From an uncultured Gaiellales bacterium (GTDB lineage Bacteria > Actinomycetota > Thermoleophilia > Gaiellales > JALYLC01), in NCBI GenBank assembly GCA_964651695.1, contig CAZYYP010000002.1:14575-62055 (forward strand): a stretch of DNA of 47,481 nucleotides, given 5' to 3'. A program made the position numbers and the translations under genes. Under the pieces are notes generated by a model. The model worked only from the letters and a program-made list of their open reading frames with translations, made no database searches and was not told where the DNA came from. This document shows positions 1 to 8,383 of the stretch, piece by piece (positions within the stretch are counted from its first letter, which is position 1; the number at the start of each line of letters is the position of its first letter).

Positions 1-182
1 GCGGTGGCGGTGGTCGTCACCGGGGTCGCCGCGACGGCACTGCCGGCGTGTCCCCCGGCGCTCGCCGCGAGGCCGCCGATCAGCGCCGTCAAGCCGGCCG
101 CCGCCGTCGCGGCGACGGTCGTCAGCCGCTTCACGCGCCGGAGGTTCCGGTTACGGCTCTCGATGGGCTCTCGGCTGCTCAT
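1..182 (-). CDS. Exported protein, N-terminal fragment (gene runs off the window start)
   Basis: ATG at 180-182 (minus strand) opens MSSREPIESRNRNLRRVKRLTTVAATAAAGLTALIGGLAASAGG. This is a basic n-region with RR followed by an Ala/Leu-rich h-region. Third codon positions are strongly G/C. It is absent from the ORF track because it has no stop inside the window. Confidence 0.4.
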   Translation of the reverse strand, partial: MSSREPIESRNRNLRRVKRLTTVAATAAAGLTALIGGLAASAGGHAGSAVAATPVTTTAT

Positions 183-235
183 ACTCAGCATTTGAGCAGT
201 CCTGTCTAAACGCGGGATAAGAGTTGTGTTTCGCG

Positions 236-523
236 TCAGTTCAGCCAGGGCCTGAGCGCGTCCCGGATGCTGCCGACGCTCACGCGACCCTCGACCCTGC
301 GCACCTCACGACCATCCTCGAGCACGACGATCGTGGGCAGGGCCTCGACGTCGAAATGCTCCGCGAGCTGCGGCGCACGATCGACGTCGATCCGCCCGCG
401 CGAGAAGGAATCGTGGTTGTTGCGCTCCTGCAGCACCTGGTCGAGGAAGGCCTCGACACGGCGGCTGGGGCCCGATTTCGGCGAGTAGAAGTAGAGCAAT
501 TTGGGTTCGGTCAGGTGTTCCAC
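236..523 (-). CDS. Thioredoxin-fold protein with the CGPC active site replaced by SGPS
   Basis: Last 95 codons of ORF 236..961. GTG at 521-523 is preceded by GGGGAAG. LLYFYSPKSGPSRRVEAFL...RIDVDRAPQLAEHFDVEALPTIVVLEDGREV follows the thioredoxin pattern FWAxWCGPCK...D.d.nP.la..y.v..iPT...f.nGe. The upstream part of the long ORF is Arg/Pro-rich and overlaps the opposite-strand gene 771..971. Confidence 0.6.
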   Translation of the reverse strand: MEHLTEPKLLYFYSPKSGPSRRVEAFLDQVLQERNNHDSFSRGRIDVDRAPQLAEHFDVEALPTIVVLEDGREVRRVEGRVSVGSIRDALRPWLN

Positions 524-770
524 GCGGTCGTCTTCCCCGCGCCGGCCCGACCGGAAACCGCCCTCCGCCGACGTGCGCAGAATCTTTACGGTCTGGCGGC
601 GAGAGGCGCGGGAAGGCTTCGCTCGTGCCGGTCGGCACCGACGCCTATCGCTCCCTCGCAGAGCGCCTCCGCGAGCTCGACGGCCACGTGTTCGCGCCAC
701 ACGAGACCCAACACGTGCGCCCGGCGAGGCGCCCTGAACGCGTGTTTCGAAGCGCCACCCGGGGGTAGCA

Positions 771-971
771 ATGAACGTCGTCTTCAACGGAGGAGCATTC
801 AGCATGGCAATGCAACGTTCGGGCGGGAAGCCCGCAGGTATCGGCGCCGGGGGGATCCTCGTCATCGTCGGGATCATTCTCGGGATCGTCTGGAGCTGGC
901 CCGTCGGCATCGTCGTCGCGCTCATCGGCCTGATCGCGTTCGGGGGATTCGCCAAGGGCAAGTGGTACTAG
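771..971 (+). CDS. Small membrane protein (two predicted TM helices)
   Basis: 66-aa ORF with GGGGG 6 nt upstream of the ATG. It has two hydrophobic stretches (GGILVIVGIILGIVWSW and VGIVVALIGLIAFGGF) and a basic C-terminus. Confidence 0.55.
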   Translation: MNVVFNGGAFSMAMQRSGGKPAGIGAGGILVIVGIILGIVWSWPVGIVVALIGLIAFGGFAKGKWY

Positions 972-1091
972 AGCCCGCTCGCCGACACCGCGTGCCTGCA
1001 CGCGTTCGCGTGGCAGCGGGCGCAGTCGCCGTGTGCGAGGCGCCGGCGAGCTGATCTTGCACCTCGGCGAGCTCGAGCGGATCGCGCACCG

Positions 1092-2882
1092 CTAGCTCGC
1101 GAGCAGCGCCGCGGGCAGGCTCTGGTCGCCCGCCAGCGCACCGGCGAAGGGATCGCCGAGCTTCTCCATCCGCCGCAGCGCGGCGCGCATCGTGGGCCGC
1201 GCGCGGGCGAAGGCCCCCGACTCGACCTCGTCCCAGGTGAGTGGCATCGAGACCGGCGCGCCCGGGCGCGGTCGCACGCAGTAGGCGACCGACATCGTGC
1301 GCCCGTAGCCCACCTGATGGGAGTCGATCAGCACACCGTGGCGGCGGCTCTTGTTCCACTCGGTCGTGACGAGGTCGGGGTGCGCGCGCTCGAGCGCCTG
1401 CGCCACGAGTTGCACGAGGGAGCGCGCCTGCGCATAGGTGTGGCCGGGGCGGAGCGGCACCGCGAGATGCATCCCCTCGGCACTCGAGGTCTTGACGACC
1501 GCGCGCAGCTCGAGCACCGCCAGGGCGTCGCGCACGAGCAGGGCCACGCGCCCGGTCTGGGCGAGCGTCACGCCCGGGGACGGGTCGAGGTCGAAGAGCA
1601 CGAAGTCGGGCGAGGTGAAGCTCTGCGCCCGCGCATAGGGCGCGTGGACGTCGATGCAGCCGGCGTTGATCGTCCAGAGGAGCCCGTCCTCGTCGTCGAT
1701 CACGAGGTACTCGATCGCCGTTCCGCTGCCGTCGGAGCTGCTCGGGAGCGTCGCGCTCTCCATCCAGGCGGGCGCGTGCGGGGGCCGCTGTTTCTGGAAG
1801 AAGTGCTTGCCTGCAATGCCGTCGGGGTACCGCACGAGCGTGATCGGCCGGTCACGGAGATACGGCACGATCAGCCCTGCCGCCTGCCGGTAGTAGGCCA
1901 GCAGATCGCCCTTGGTGATCTGCTCCTCGGGGAAGAAGATCTTGTCCTGGTTCGTGAGCTTGAGCTCGCGATCCGGCCTGTCCGTCACGGGTTGCTCCTT
2001 CGCGAGTCGCTTGAACACGGGCGCGCGCAGGCGGTGGTCGCGGGTCCATTCGGCGAACTCGACCTCGCACCGGAGCGATGGCTCGAGCCACGTGACGCCC
2101 AGGCGCGTGGCACCCGCGGGCCCGGCGCCGCGCAGCGGAGAGGTCTCGCGCTGCAGGGGAGCGAAGCGCTCGAGCAGCTCGCGCATGTCCGCGTCCGAGA
2201 GTCCGCTGCCGCAGTTGCCGGCGTACTCCAGGTCGTCGGTGGCGAGCACCAGGGCACCCAGCCTGGCGCGTGACCCCTGCCCGCTCGTGTACCCGGCGAT
2301 ACGCAGGACGGCCGACTGGCGCAGCTTGATCTTGCGCCAGTCGTCGCTGCGGCGCCCGGGCTTGTAGATCGCCGTGACGCGCTTGGCCATGATGCCCTCG
2401 AGGCCGCGCGCACGCGCCGCCGCGAGCAGGGCCTCGCCGTCGTCGTAGACCTGGGAGAGCACGATCGCCGTGGCGCCTGGGCGGATCAGCCCGGCGAGGA
2501 GCTCGCGCCGCCGGCTCCACGGCTCGTGCGTGACGGCCTGGCCGCCGATCTCGAGCACGTCGAAGACCACGTAGGCGACAGCGCCCTCCCCGCGCTGGAA
2601 GAGCGTGAAGCTCGGCACGCCGCTCTCATCGAACGCGCAGAGCTCGCCGTCGAGCACGCAATCGGTGTTCGTGAGCGCACGCGGCAGCGCGTCGGCGACG
2701 GCGGCCTGACCGCCCTCGAGCCGTTTGCCGTTGCGCGAGAGCAGTTGCACGTCGTTCCCGGCCACGCGCGCAATGGCCCGGAACCCGTCCCACTTGATCT
2801 CGAAGCGCCATGCGTCGCCGGGCGGGACGGCCTCCGCCGTCGCGGCGAGCATGGGTGCGTAGGTGGGCGGGTCGCTCGGCAT
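1092..2882 (-). CDS. ligD: ATP-dependent DNA ligase LigD, ligase + primase-polymerase domains (NHEJ)
   Basis: Internal ATG at 2880-2882 of ORF 1092..3143. N-terminal half carries the ligase adenylation motif EIKWDGFRA. C-terminal half carries LigD polymerase-domain motifs (FFQKQ, VLFDLDP, VKTSSAEGMHLAVP, LIDSHQ). No phosphoesterase domain is recognisable. Confidence 0.9.
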   Translation of the reverse strand: MPSDPPTYAPMLAATAEAVPPGDAWRFEIKWDGFRAIARVAGNDVQLLSRNGKRLEGGQAAVADALPRALTNTDCVLDGELCAFDESGVPSFTLFQRGEGAVAYVVFDVLEIGGQAVTHEPWSRRRELLAGLIRPGATAIVLSQVYDDGEALLAAARARGLEGIMAKRVTAIYKPGRRSDDWRKIKLRQSAVLRIAGYTSGQGSRARLGALVLATDDLEYAGNCGSGLSDADMRELLERFAPLQRETSPLRGAGPAGATRLGVTWLEPSLRCEVEFAEWTRDHRLRAPVFKRLAKEQPVTDRPDRELKLTNQDKIFFPEEQITKGDLLAYYRQAAGLIVPYLRDRPITLVRYPDGIAGKHFFQKQRPPHAPAWMESATLPSSSDGSGTAIEYLVIDDEDGLLWTINAGCIDVHAPYARAQSFTSPDFVLFDLDPSPGVTLAQTGRVALLVRDALAVLELRAVVKTSSAEGMHLAVPLRPGHTYAQARSLVQLVAQALERAHPDLVTTEWNKSRRHGVLIDSHQVGYGRTMSVAYCVRPRPGAPVSMPLTWDEVESGAFARARPTMRAALRRMEKLGDPFAGALAGDQSLPAALLAS

Positions 2883-2934
2883 GGCAGGTCGGCGTCGCTG
2901 CGAAGGCTCGACGGGCAGATGGTAGGCTCGCCGC

Positions 2935-3339
2935 GTGCCCGAGCCCCCGTTGCCTCCCCGGCTCGACGCGTTCCTAACCCGGCCGAACGCCGCCGTCATC
3001 GCGACGGTGCGAGCCGACGGGTCCCCCGTGACGGTGGCGACCTGGTACGACTGGGAGGATGGCCGCCTGCTCGTCAACATGGACGAGAGCCGGAAGCGCC
3101 TCGCGCATCTGCGCGCCGACCCGCGGGTCTCCCTGACGGTCATGGATCTCTCCGACTGGAGCGTTCACGTCAGCCTGCAGGGTCGCGTCGTCTCGCTCGA
3201 GGATGATCCGGATCTCGCCGGCATCGACCGCCTGTCGGTGCGCTACACCGGTCAGCCCTATGCGGTGCGCGACCGGCGACGCGTGAGCGCGTGGATCGAG
3301 ATCGAGCGCTGGCACGCCTGGCGCCCCGAGCGGATCTGA
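2935..3339 (+). CDS. Pyridoxamine 5'-phosphate oxidase-family (PPOX class, probably F420-dependent) protein
   Basis: 134-aa ORF, GTG start. Sequence LTRPNAAVIATVRADGSPVTVATWYDWEDGRLLVNMDESRKRLAHLRADPRVSLTV is typical of the PPOX/FMN-binding split-barrel family. Confidence 0.8.
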   Translation: MPEPPLPPRLDAFLTRPNAAVIATVRADGSPVTVATWYDWEDGRLLVNMDESRKRLAHLRADPRVSLTVMDLSDWSVHVSLQGRVVSLEDDPDLAGIDRLSVRYTGQPYAVRDRRRVSAWIEIERWHAWRPERI

Positions 3340-3346
3340 CGCGCGG

Positions 3347-4255
3347 TCAGGGACTCTCGCGCGTGCGAGTCCCGGCCGGATCGAGGCCCATGACGATCGC
3401 CGCGGCGAATGCGACCGCCGGCGTGCGGGCGCCGTTGCGCCGCGTCGTGAGGGCGATCACGCGGTCGGGCACGAGGTGGTCGACCGCGACGGTCGCGAGC
3501 TCGGGCTCGAGGGCATCGAGCAGCAGGCTCGGGACGACGGCCACGCCGAGCCCGCGGCGCACCATCGCCTTCACCTCGCGCAGGTCGTGCGCGCGGATGC
3601 GCGGGGCGCCCAGGCCGTGGTCGCCGAGCGCTGCGCTGAGCGCGCGCTGGCTCGCCGTTCCGCAATCCTTGCCGATCAGGTCGCGGCGGGCGAGATCGGT
3701 CGCCGTGAGCTCCCGGCCCAGTGCGCAGAACGGATCGCCGGCCGGCACCAGCAGCACGTAGGGGTCGCGCAGGATCTCCGCGGACTCGAGCGCCTCGCGC
3801 GGCTCGTCGGCTGGTGCCATGACGAGGTCGAGGTCACCGGCGGCGAGGCGGTCGAGCAGCTCCGTCGCGTAGTACGACTCGTGCACGTGGAGCGCGAGGC
3901 GCGGCGCGCGCTCGCGGAGTTCCTGCGCGAGCGCCGGGATCAGTGCGCCCGCGACGCTCGGCACGGCGCCGATGCGCAGCTCGCCCGCCCCTCGGCCGGC
4001 GACCGCCGCGAGGTCGGCGCGCGCCGACTCGAGATGGCCGGCGATCGCGTCGGCGTGCGCGAGCAGGTGGCGCCCGGCGTCGGTCAGCGCGACGGTCCGC
4101 GTCCCCGGGGAGCGGGTCACGAGCGTCACGCCCACGATGCGCTCGAGCGCTTGCAGTTGCTGGCTGACGGCCGACTGGGTATAGCCGAGCCGTGTCGCGG
4201 CGCGGCTGACCGACCCCTCGCGCGCAATCGCATCGAGCGCTGCGAGGTGCCGCAG
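3347..4255 (-). CDS. LysR-family transcriptional regulator (start codon unresolved)
   Basis: The substrate-binding domain lies in ORF 3347..4135. The same frame continues upstream through a textbook LysR HTH (LRHLAALDAIAREGSVSRAATRLGYTQSAVSQQLQALE) with no in-frame ATG/GTG/TTG. I use CTG at 4253-4255 as the provisional start (see findings). Confidence 0.8.
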   Translation of the reverse strand: MRHLAALDAIAREGSVSRAATRLGYTQSAVSQQLQALERIVGVTLVTRSPGTRTVALTDAGRHLLAHADAIAGHLESARADLAAVAGRGAGELRIGAVPSVAGALIPALAQELRERAPRLALHVHESYYATELLDRLAAGDLDLVMAPADEPREALESAEILRDPYVLLVPAGDPFCALGRELTATDLARRDLIGKDCGTASQRALSAALGDHGLGAPRIRAHDLREVKAMVRRGLGVAVVPSLLLDALEPELATVAVDHLVPDRVIALTTRRNGARTPAVAFAAAIVMGLDPAGTRTRESP

Positions 4256-4333
4256 GTCGAGCCCGGACCATTCAGAAAGCGCGCTGATAGAGGCGATCGT
4301 ATCCCGAATCTGCCTCGAGGCCGGGATCGCGTC

Positions 4334-5272
4334 TCACAGCGCGGCGGCGAGCCGGGGGAGCAGCGCGACCGCTTCGAGATCGTCGTGCAGCAGGTGCTGC
4401 AGCATGATCCGGTCGATGCCCGCGTCGCGGTAGGCGCGCAGGCGCGCGCTCGCCTCGTCCAGCGTGCCCGTCACGCCGACCCGGGCGAACTCTTCGAGCA
4501 GCGCCTGCGGCTCGGAACCCTGTCGCGCGGCCAGTCGCGCCGCGCGCCGTTGCAGGTCGCCGGCGTCCGTGCCGATCAGCCACGGCACCATGACCGAGAA
4601 GGTCAGGGAAGCCGGGTCGCGCCCGGCGTCCTGCCATGCGCGCTCGACGGTGCTCCGCCGCTCCGCGCACTCCGCCGGGGTGGCGAACACGGTGTTGTAC
4701 TCGTCGGCGAACTGCGCCGCGAGGCGGACGGTGCGGGGCTTCGCGCTGCCGCCCACGATGAGCGGCGGATGCGGCCGCTGCACGGGCTTCGGGAGCGCGT
4801 CGACGCCGGCCAGCCGGTAGTGCTTGCCGGTGAACGCAAACGGGCCGTCCGCCCACGCGCCGCGCACGACGGCGAGCTGTTCCTCGAGCAGTTCCATGCG
4901 CGTGCCGAGCGGGGGGAAGTCGAACCCGTAGGCCTCGTGCTCGCGCTCGTTCCAGCCGGCGCCGAGGCCGAGCTCGACGCGGCCCTCCGAGATGTGATCG
5001 ACGGTGGTCACGCACTTGGCGAGCACCGACGGGTGCCGGAAGGTGGCCGGCGAGACGAGCACGCCGAGGCGCAGGCGCGACGTGACGGCCGCGAGGCCGG
5101 CCATCGTCGCCCAGGCGTCGAGCGATCCGCGCTCCTCGCGGCCCTCGACCGAGAGGTAGTGATCCGAGCGGAAGAGCGTGCCGACGCCGTGCTCCTCGCA
5201 GGCCCGCGCGAGCGCGACCCATTGCGGCCAGGTGACGTCCTCCTGGCCCTCGATCATCAATTCGACGCGCAT
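4334..5272 (-). CDS. Luciferase-like monooxygenase (LLM-class, F420-dependent type) oxidoreductase
   Basis: Internal ATG at 5270-5272 of ORF 4334..5656, with AAGGTGG upstream. Sequence MRVELMIEGQEDVTW...FRSDHYL...LGLGAGWNEREHEAYGF is typical of LLM enzymes. Confidence 0.85.
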   Translation of the reverse strand: MRVELMIEGQEDVTWPQWVALARACEEHGVGTLFRSDHYLSVEGREERGSLDAWATMAGLAAVTSRLRLGVLVSPATFRHPSVLAKCVTTVDHISEGRVELGLGAGWNEREHEAYGFDFPPLGTRMELLEEQLAVVRGAWADGPFAFTGKHYRLAGVDALPKPVQRPHPPLIVGGSAKPRTVRLAAQFADEYNTVFATPAECAERRSTVERAWQDAGRDPASLTFSVMVPWLIGTDAGDLQRRAARLAARQGSEPQALLEEFARVGVTGTLDEASARLRAYRDAGIDRIMLQHLLHDDLEAVALLPRLAAAL

Positions 5273-5289
5273 GGCACCACCTTGGGAAC

Positions 5290-6168
5290 TCAGAGCACGA
5301 AGTACAGCGACGCCGCGACGCCCGCCGCCACGCAGTAGGCGGCGAACGGCGTGAGGCGATTGGTCTCGAAGTAGCGCATCAGGAACCGGATGGCGAGGTA
5401 GGCGGTGAGGGCCGAGCAGATCGCGCCGACGAGCGCCGGTCCGCGCACGCCGTTCCCGCTCGAGCCGAGCAGGTCGGGCAGCTTCAGGAGTGCCGCGGCA
5501 CCGATGATCGGGGTTGCGAGCAGGAATGCGAAGCGGGCCGCGTCCTCGTTGGAGAGCCCCACGAGCAGGCCGCCCGCCATGGTCGCCCCGGAGCGCGAGA
5601 AGCCGGGCACGAGCGCCACCGCCTGGGCTGCGCCCACCCCGAGCGCCCCCAGCCACGAGACGCTTCCGGCGATGCGCGTGTCGCTCCCCTCCGGGTCCTC
5701 GCCGATCGCAGCCGCCTGCGCCCTGCGCCGCAGGCGTTCGGCGCCGTAGAGCATGAACCCGTTGATGATCAGGAAGAACGCGGCCGAGCGCGCCGATGCG
5801 AAGAGGTCGCGCAGCGCGTGCTCGAGCAGCAGGCCGAGCAGGCCCGCGGGGACGGTGCCGACCACGAGCAGCCAGCCGAGTCGTGCGTCGCTGTCGTCGC
5901 CGATCTCGCGATTGCGGAGCGAGCGGCCGAGGCCGCGCAGGATGCGCACCCAGTCGCGCCAGAAGAACGCCAGCAGCACGAGTGCCGTGGCCAGATGGGT
6001 GGCCACGAGGAAGGTCACGAAGTAGGCGTCGTTCTGATGGATGTTCCAGCCGAGCAGGCGCGGGAGGATGACGCTGTGGCCGAGGCTCGAGATCGGGAAG
6101 AGCTCGCTGAAGCCCTGGAGGAGTCCGAGCAGGGCCGCCTGCGGGTACGAGACCAGCGCAACGAGCAC
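5290..6168 (-). CDS. uppP: Undecaprenyl-diphosphate phosphatase
   Basis: 292-aa polytopic membrane ORF with the BacA/UppP signature LLGLLQGFSELFPISSLGHSVI and the C-terminal PGFSRSGATM motif. Confidence 0.9.
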   Translation of the reverse strand: MLVALVSYPQAALLGLLQGFSELFPISSLGHSVILPRLLGWNIHQNDAYFVTFLVATHLATALVLLAFFWRDWVRILRGLGRSLRNREIGDDSDARLGWLLVVGTVPAGLLGLLLEHALRDLFASARSAAFFLIINGFMLYGAERLRRRAQAAAIGEDPEGSDTRIAGSVSWLGALGVGAAQAVALVPGFSRSGATMAGGLLVGLSNEDAARFAFLLATPIIGAAALLKLPDLLGSSGNGVRGPALVGAICSALTAYLAIRFLMRYFETNRLTPFAAYCVAAGVAASLYFVL

Positions 6169-6171
6169 GCT

Positions 6172-6408
6172 CTAGGCCTCCGTCCGCGTGCGCGGACCCG
6201 TCTGGAACCAGGCCAGGACGAACGCGCCGATCCCGAGCAGCAGTGCGGCGATGCCGTGCTTGGCGTGGTGATGGTTCGAGCCGGCCTGGTGTCCGGGGAA
6301 GAAGCCGGGGAGCGACTTGGCGGGTTCGGCGAAGTAGACGATCGCGATCACGATCAGGATGACGCCGGCGATTGCGGCGAGGATGACGGTCCAGCGATTG
6401 TTGGTCAT
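6172..6408 (-). CDS. Small membrane protein with a His-rich loop
   Basis: ATG at 6406-6408 is preceded by a perfect AGGAG. The 78-aa product has two TM helices flanking GHQAGSNHHHAKHG. Its stop lies 3 nt from the uppP start. Confidence 0.6.
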   Translation of the reverse strand: MTNNRWTVILAAIAGVILIVIAIVYFAEPAKSLPGFFPGHQAGSNHHHAKHGIAALLLGIGAFVLAWFQTGPRTRTEA

Positions 6409-6457
6409 GGGATATCTCCTTGTGTGCAGAGCAGTGAGTCCCTGCCGGGACCTGATC

Positions 6458-7129
6458 TCAGAGTTGCGAGGGCTGGACGAGGCCGATCTCATAGGCGAAT
6501 ACCACGACCTGCACGCGATCGCGCAGGTCGAGCTTGGCGAGGATGCGCCCCACATGCGTCTTGACGGTCGCCTCGGAAAGCACGAGGCGATCGGCGATCT
6601 CGGCGTTCGAGAGCCCGCGCGCGAGCTCCAGGAGCACCTCGCGCTCGCGCGCGGTGAGCTCGGCCAGGGCCTCGTCGATGCCCGCGGGCTCGCCGGGCGC
6701 GGGCAGGCGGTGCGCGAAGCTGTCGAGCAGGCGCCGCGTGACGCTCGGGGCGACGACGGCGTCGCCGCCTGCGACCGCGCGGATGCCGGTCAGCAGGTCG
6801 CCCGGCGGCACGTCCTTGAGCAGGAATCCGCTGGCGCCGGCGCGGAGTCCCGCGAAGGCGTACTCGTCGAGGTCGAACGTCGTGAGGATGAGGACGCGCG
6901 ACGGGCTGCCGGAGGCGACGATCTGGCGCGTCGCCTCGATGCCGTCCATTCCCGGCATGCGCACGTCCATCAGCACGACATCCGGACCGAGCTCGGCGGT
7001 CAGGCGCAGCGCCTCCGCTCCGTCGCCCGCCTCGCCCACGACCTGCAGGTCGTCCTGGGACTCGAGCACCATGCGAAAGCCGACGCGCAGCAGCGGCTGG
7101 TCGTCGACCAGGAGCACGCGGATGGTCAC
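6458..7129 (-). CDS. NarL/FixJ(LuxR)-family response regulator
   Basis: GTG at 7127-7129. Receiver domain (IRVLLVDDQPLLR...DVVLMDVRMPGMDG) plus a LuxR-type HTH (LTAREREVLLELARGLSNAEIADRLVLSEATVKTHV). The start overlaps the kinase stop (GTGA). Confidence 0.9.
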   Translation of the reverse strand: MTIRVLLVDDQPLLRVGFRMVLESQDDLQVVGEAGDGAEALRLTAELGPDVVLMDVRMPGMDGIEATRQIVASGSPSRVLILTTFDLDEYAFAGLRAGASGFLLKDVPPGDLLTGIRAVAGGDAVVAPSVTRRLLDSFAHRLPAPGEPAGIDEALAELTAREREVLLELARGLSNAEIADRLVLSEATVKTHVGRILAKLDLRDRVQVVVFAYEIGLVQPSQL

Positions 7130-8277
7130 GTCCCGGCCGTCCCGGTGTCGACCGCGAGCCGCGTATGGACGCGCCACCCGCCGGCCGGCAGCGGGCCGGC
7201 CTCGACCGTCCCGGCGTAGACCGCAGCGCGCTCCCGCATCCCGTTCAGCCCGAGCCCCTGGGTGCCCGGCGACGTGGCGCGCACGCCGGTGCCGTCGTCG
7301 CTGATCTCGACGTCGACCCCCGCCGAGTCGAAGCGCAGGCGCACGGCGGCCGACGCCGCCGGCCCCGCGTGCTTGAGCGAGTTCGTGAGCGCCTCCTGGA
7401 CGAGGCGGAAGACCGTCAGCTGCGCACCTGCGGGCAGCGTGCCACCGTCGCCCTGCACGGCGAGCGTGACGGGGAGCCCGGCCGCGCGCACCTGGCCGAC
7501 GAGCTGGTCGATCTCGTCGACACCGGGTTGCGGCACCCGCGTTCCGGCGCTGTCGTCGTCGCGCAGGACACCCAGCAGCCGGCGCATCTCGCCGAGCGCC
7601 TGCCGGCCGGTCGCCGACACGGTCTGCATCGCCTCGACCGATCGTGCGGGTGTCCGCTCGGCCGCGAACGCGGCGCCGTCGGCGAGCGCGATCATGACGC
7701 TGAGGTTGTGGGCGACGATGTCGTGGAGCTCGCGGGCGATGCGCGCGCGCTCGGCCGCCGCCCCGAGGAGGCTCTGCTGGTCGCGCTCGACCTGGAGGCG
7801 CGCGGCGCGCTCGCGGTGGTGACGGGCGCTGGTGCCGAGACCAGCCGCCGCGACCGTCAGGCCGGTGAACCCGATGAACGTCTTGAAGGCATCGTCGGCG
7901 CCCCAGCGCACGGTGGCGAGAACGGCGCCCAGCCCGAGCAGCGCGGTGCCGAGCATCGCGACGGTTCGCGGCCGGTGGGCGGCAACGGTGTAGAGGGCGA
8001 CCAGCAGGGCCGCGTCGCCGAGCACCTTGACGTCGGCGAGCCACTGCGCGCCCGCGATGAGTGCGATCACGCAGAGCACCCATGTCGGCCGGCGCCGGCG
8101 CCAGACGAGCGGCAGCGCCAGCGCGCTGTCGAAGGCCAGCGGCACGAGCGGGTGCGAGTGCTCGGTGACCGCGTCGAGGCCCGCGATCACCAGCACGCCG
8201 AGGGCGATCGCGACATCCGCCAGGGTCTCGTGGCGCCGTGCGAACGACAGCAGGCGGTCGGTGATCGGAGCATGCAT
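7126..8277 (-). CDS. Sensor histidine kinase (HisKA_3/NarX-DesK type)
   Basis: 383 aa with N-terminal TM helices, an H-box ELHDIVAHNLSVM and HATPase_c motifs (LTNSLKHA, DDGTG, GLGLNGM). Confidence 0.9.
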   Translation of the reverse strand: MHAPITDRLLSFARRHETLADVAIALGVLVIAGLDAVTEHSHPLVPLAFDSALALPLVWRRRRPTWVLCVIALIAGAQWLADVKVLGDAALLVALYTVAAHRPRTVAMLGTALLGLGAVLATVRWGADDAFKTFIGFTGLTVAAAGLGTSARHHRERAARLQVERDQQSLLGAAAERARIARELHDIVAHNLSVMIALADGAAFAAERTPARSVEAMQTVSATGRQALGEMRRLLGVLRDDDSAGTRVPQPGVDEIDQLVGQVRAAGLPVTLAVQGDGGTLPAGAQLTVFRLVQEALTNSLKHAGPAASAAVRLRFDSAGVDVEISDDGTGVRATSPGTQGLGLNGMRERAAVYAGTVEAGPLPAGGWRVHTRLAVDTGTAGT

Positions 8278-8383
8278 ACGTGATCAACCTACGGGTCGGC
8301 GGCGGCGGGCACAACGGTCGCAGGGCCGATCTTTGCGGTGCCTTGATGTACGCCGGAGGTCTCACGGGTCTAGCGTGAGGCGC

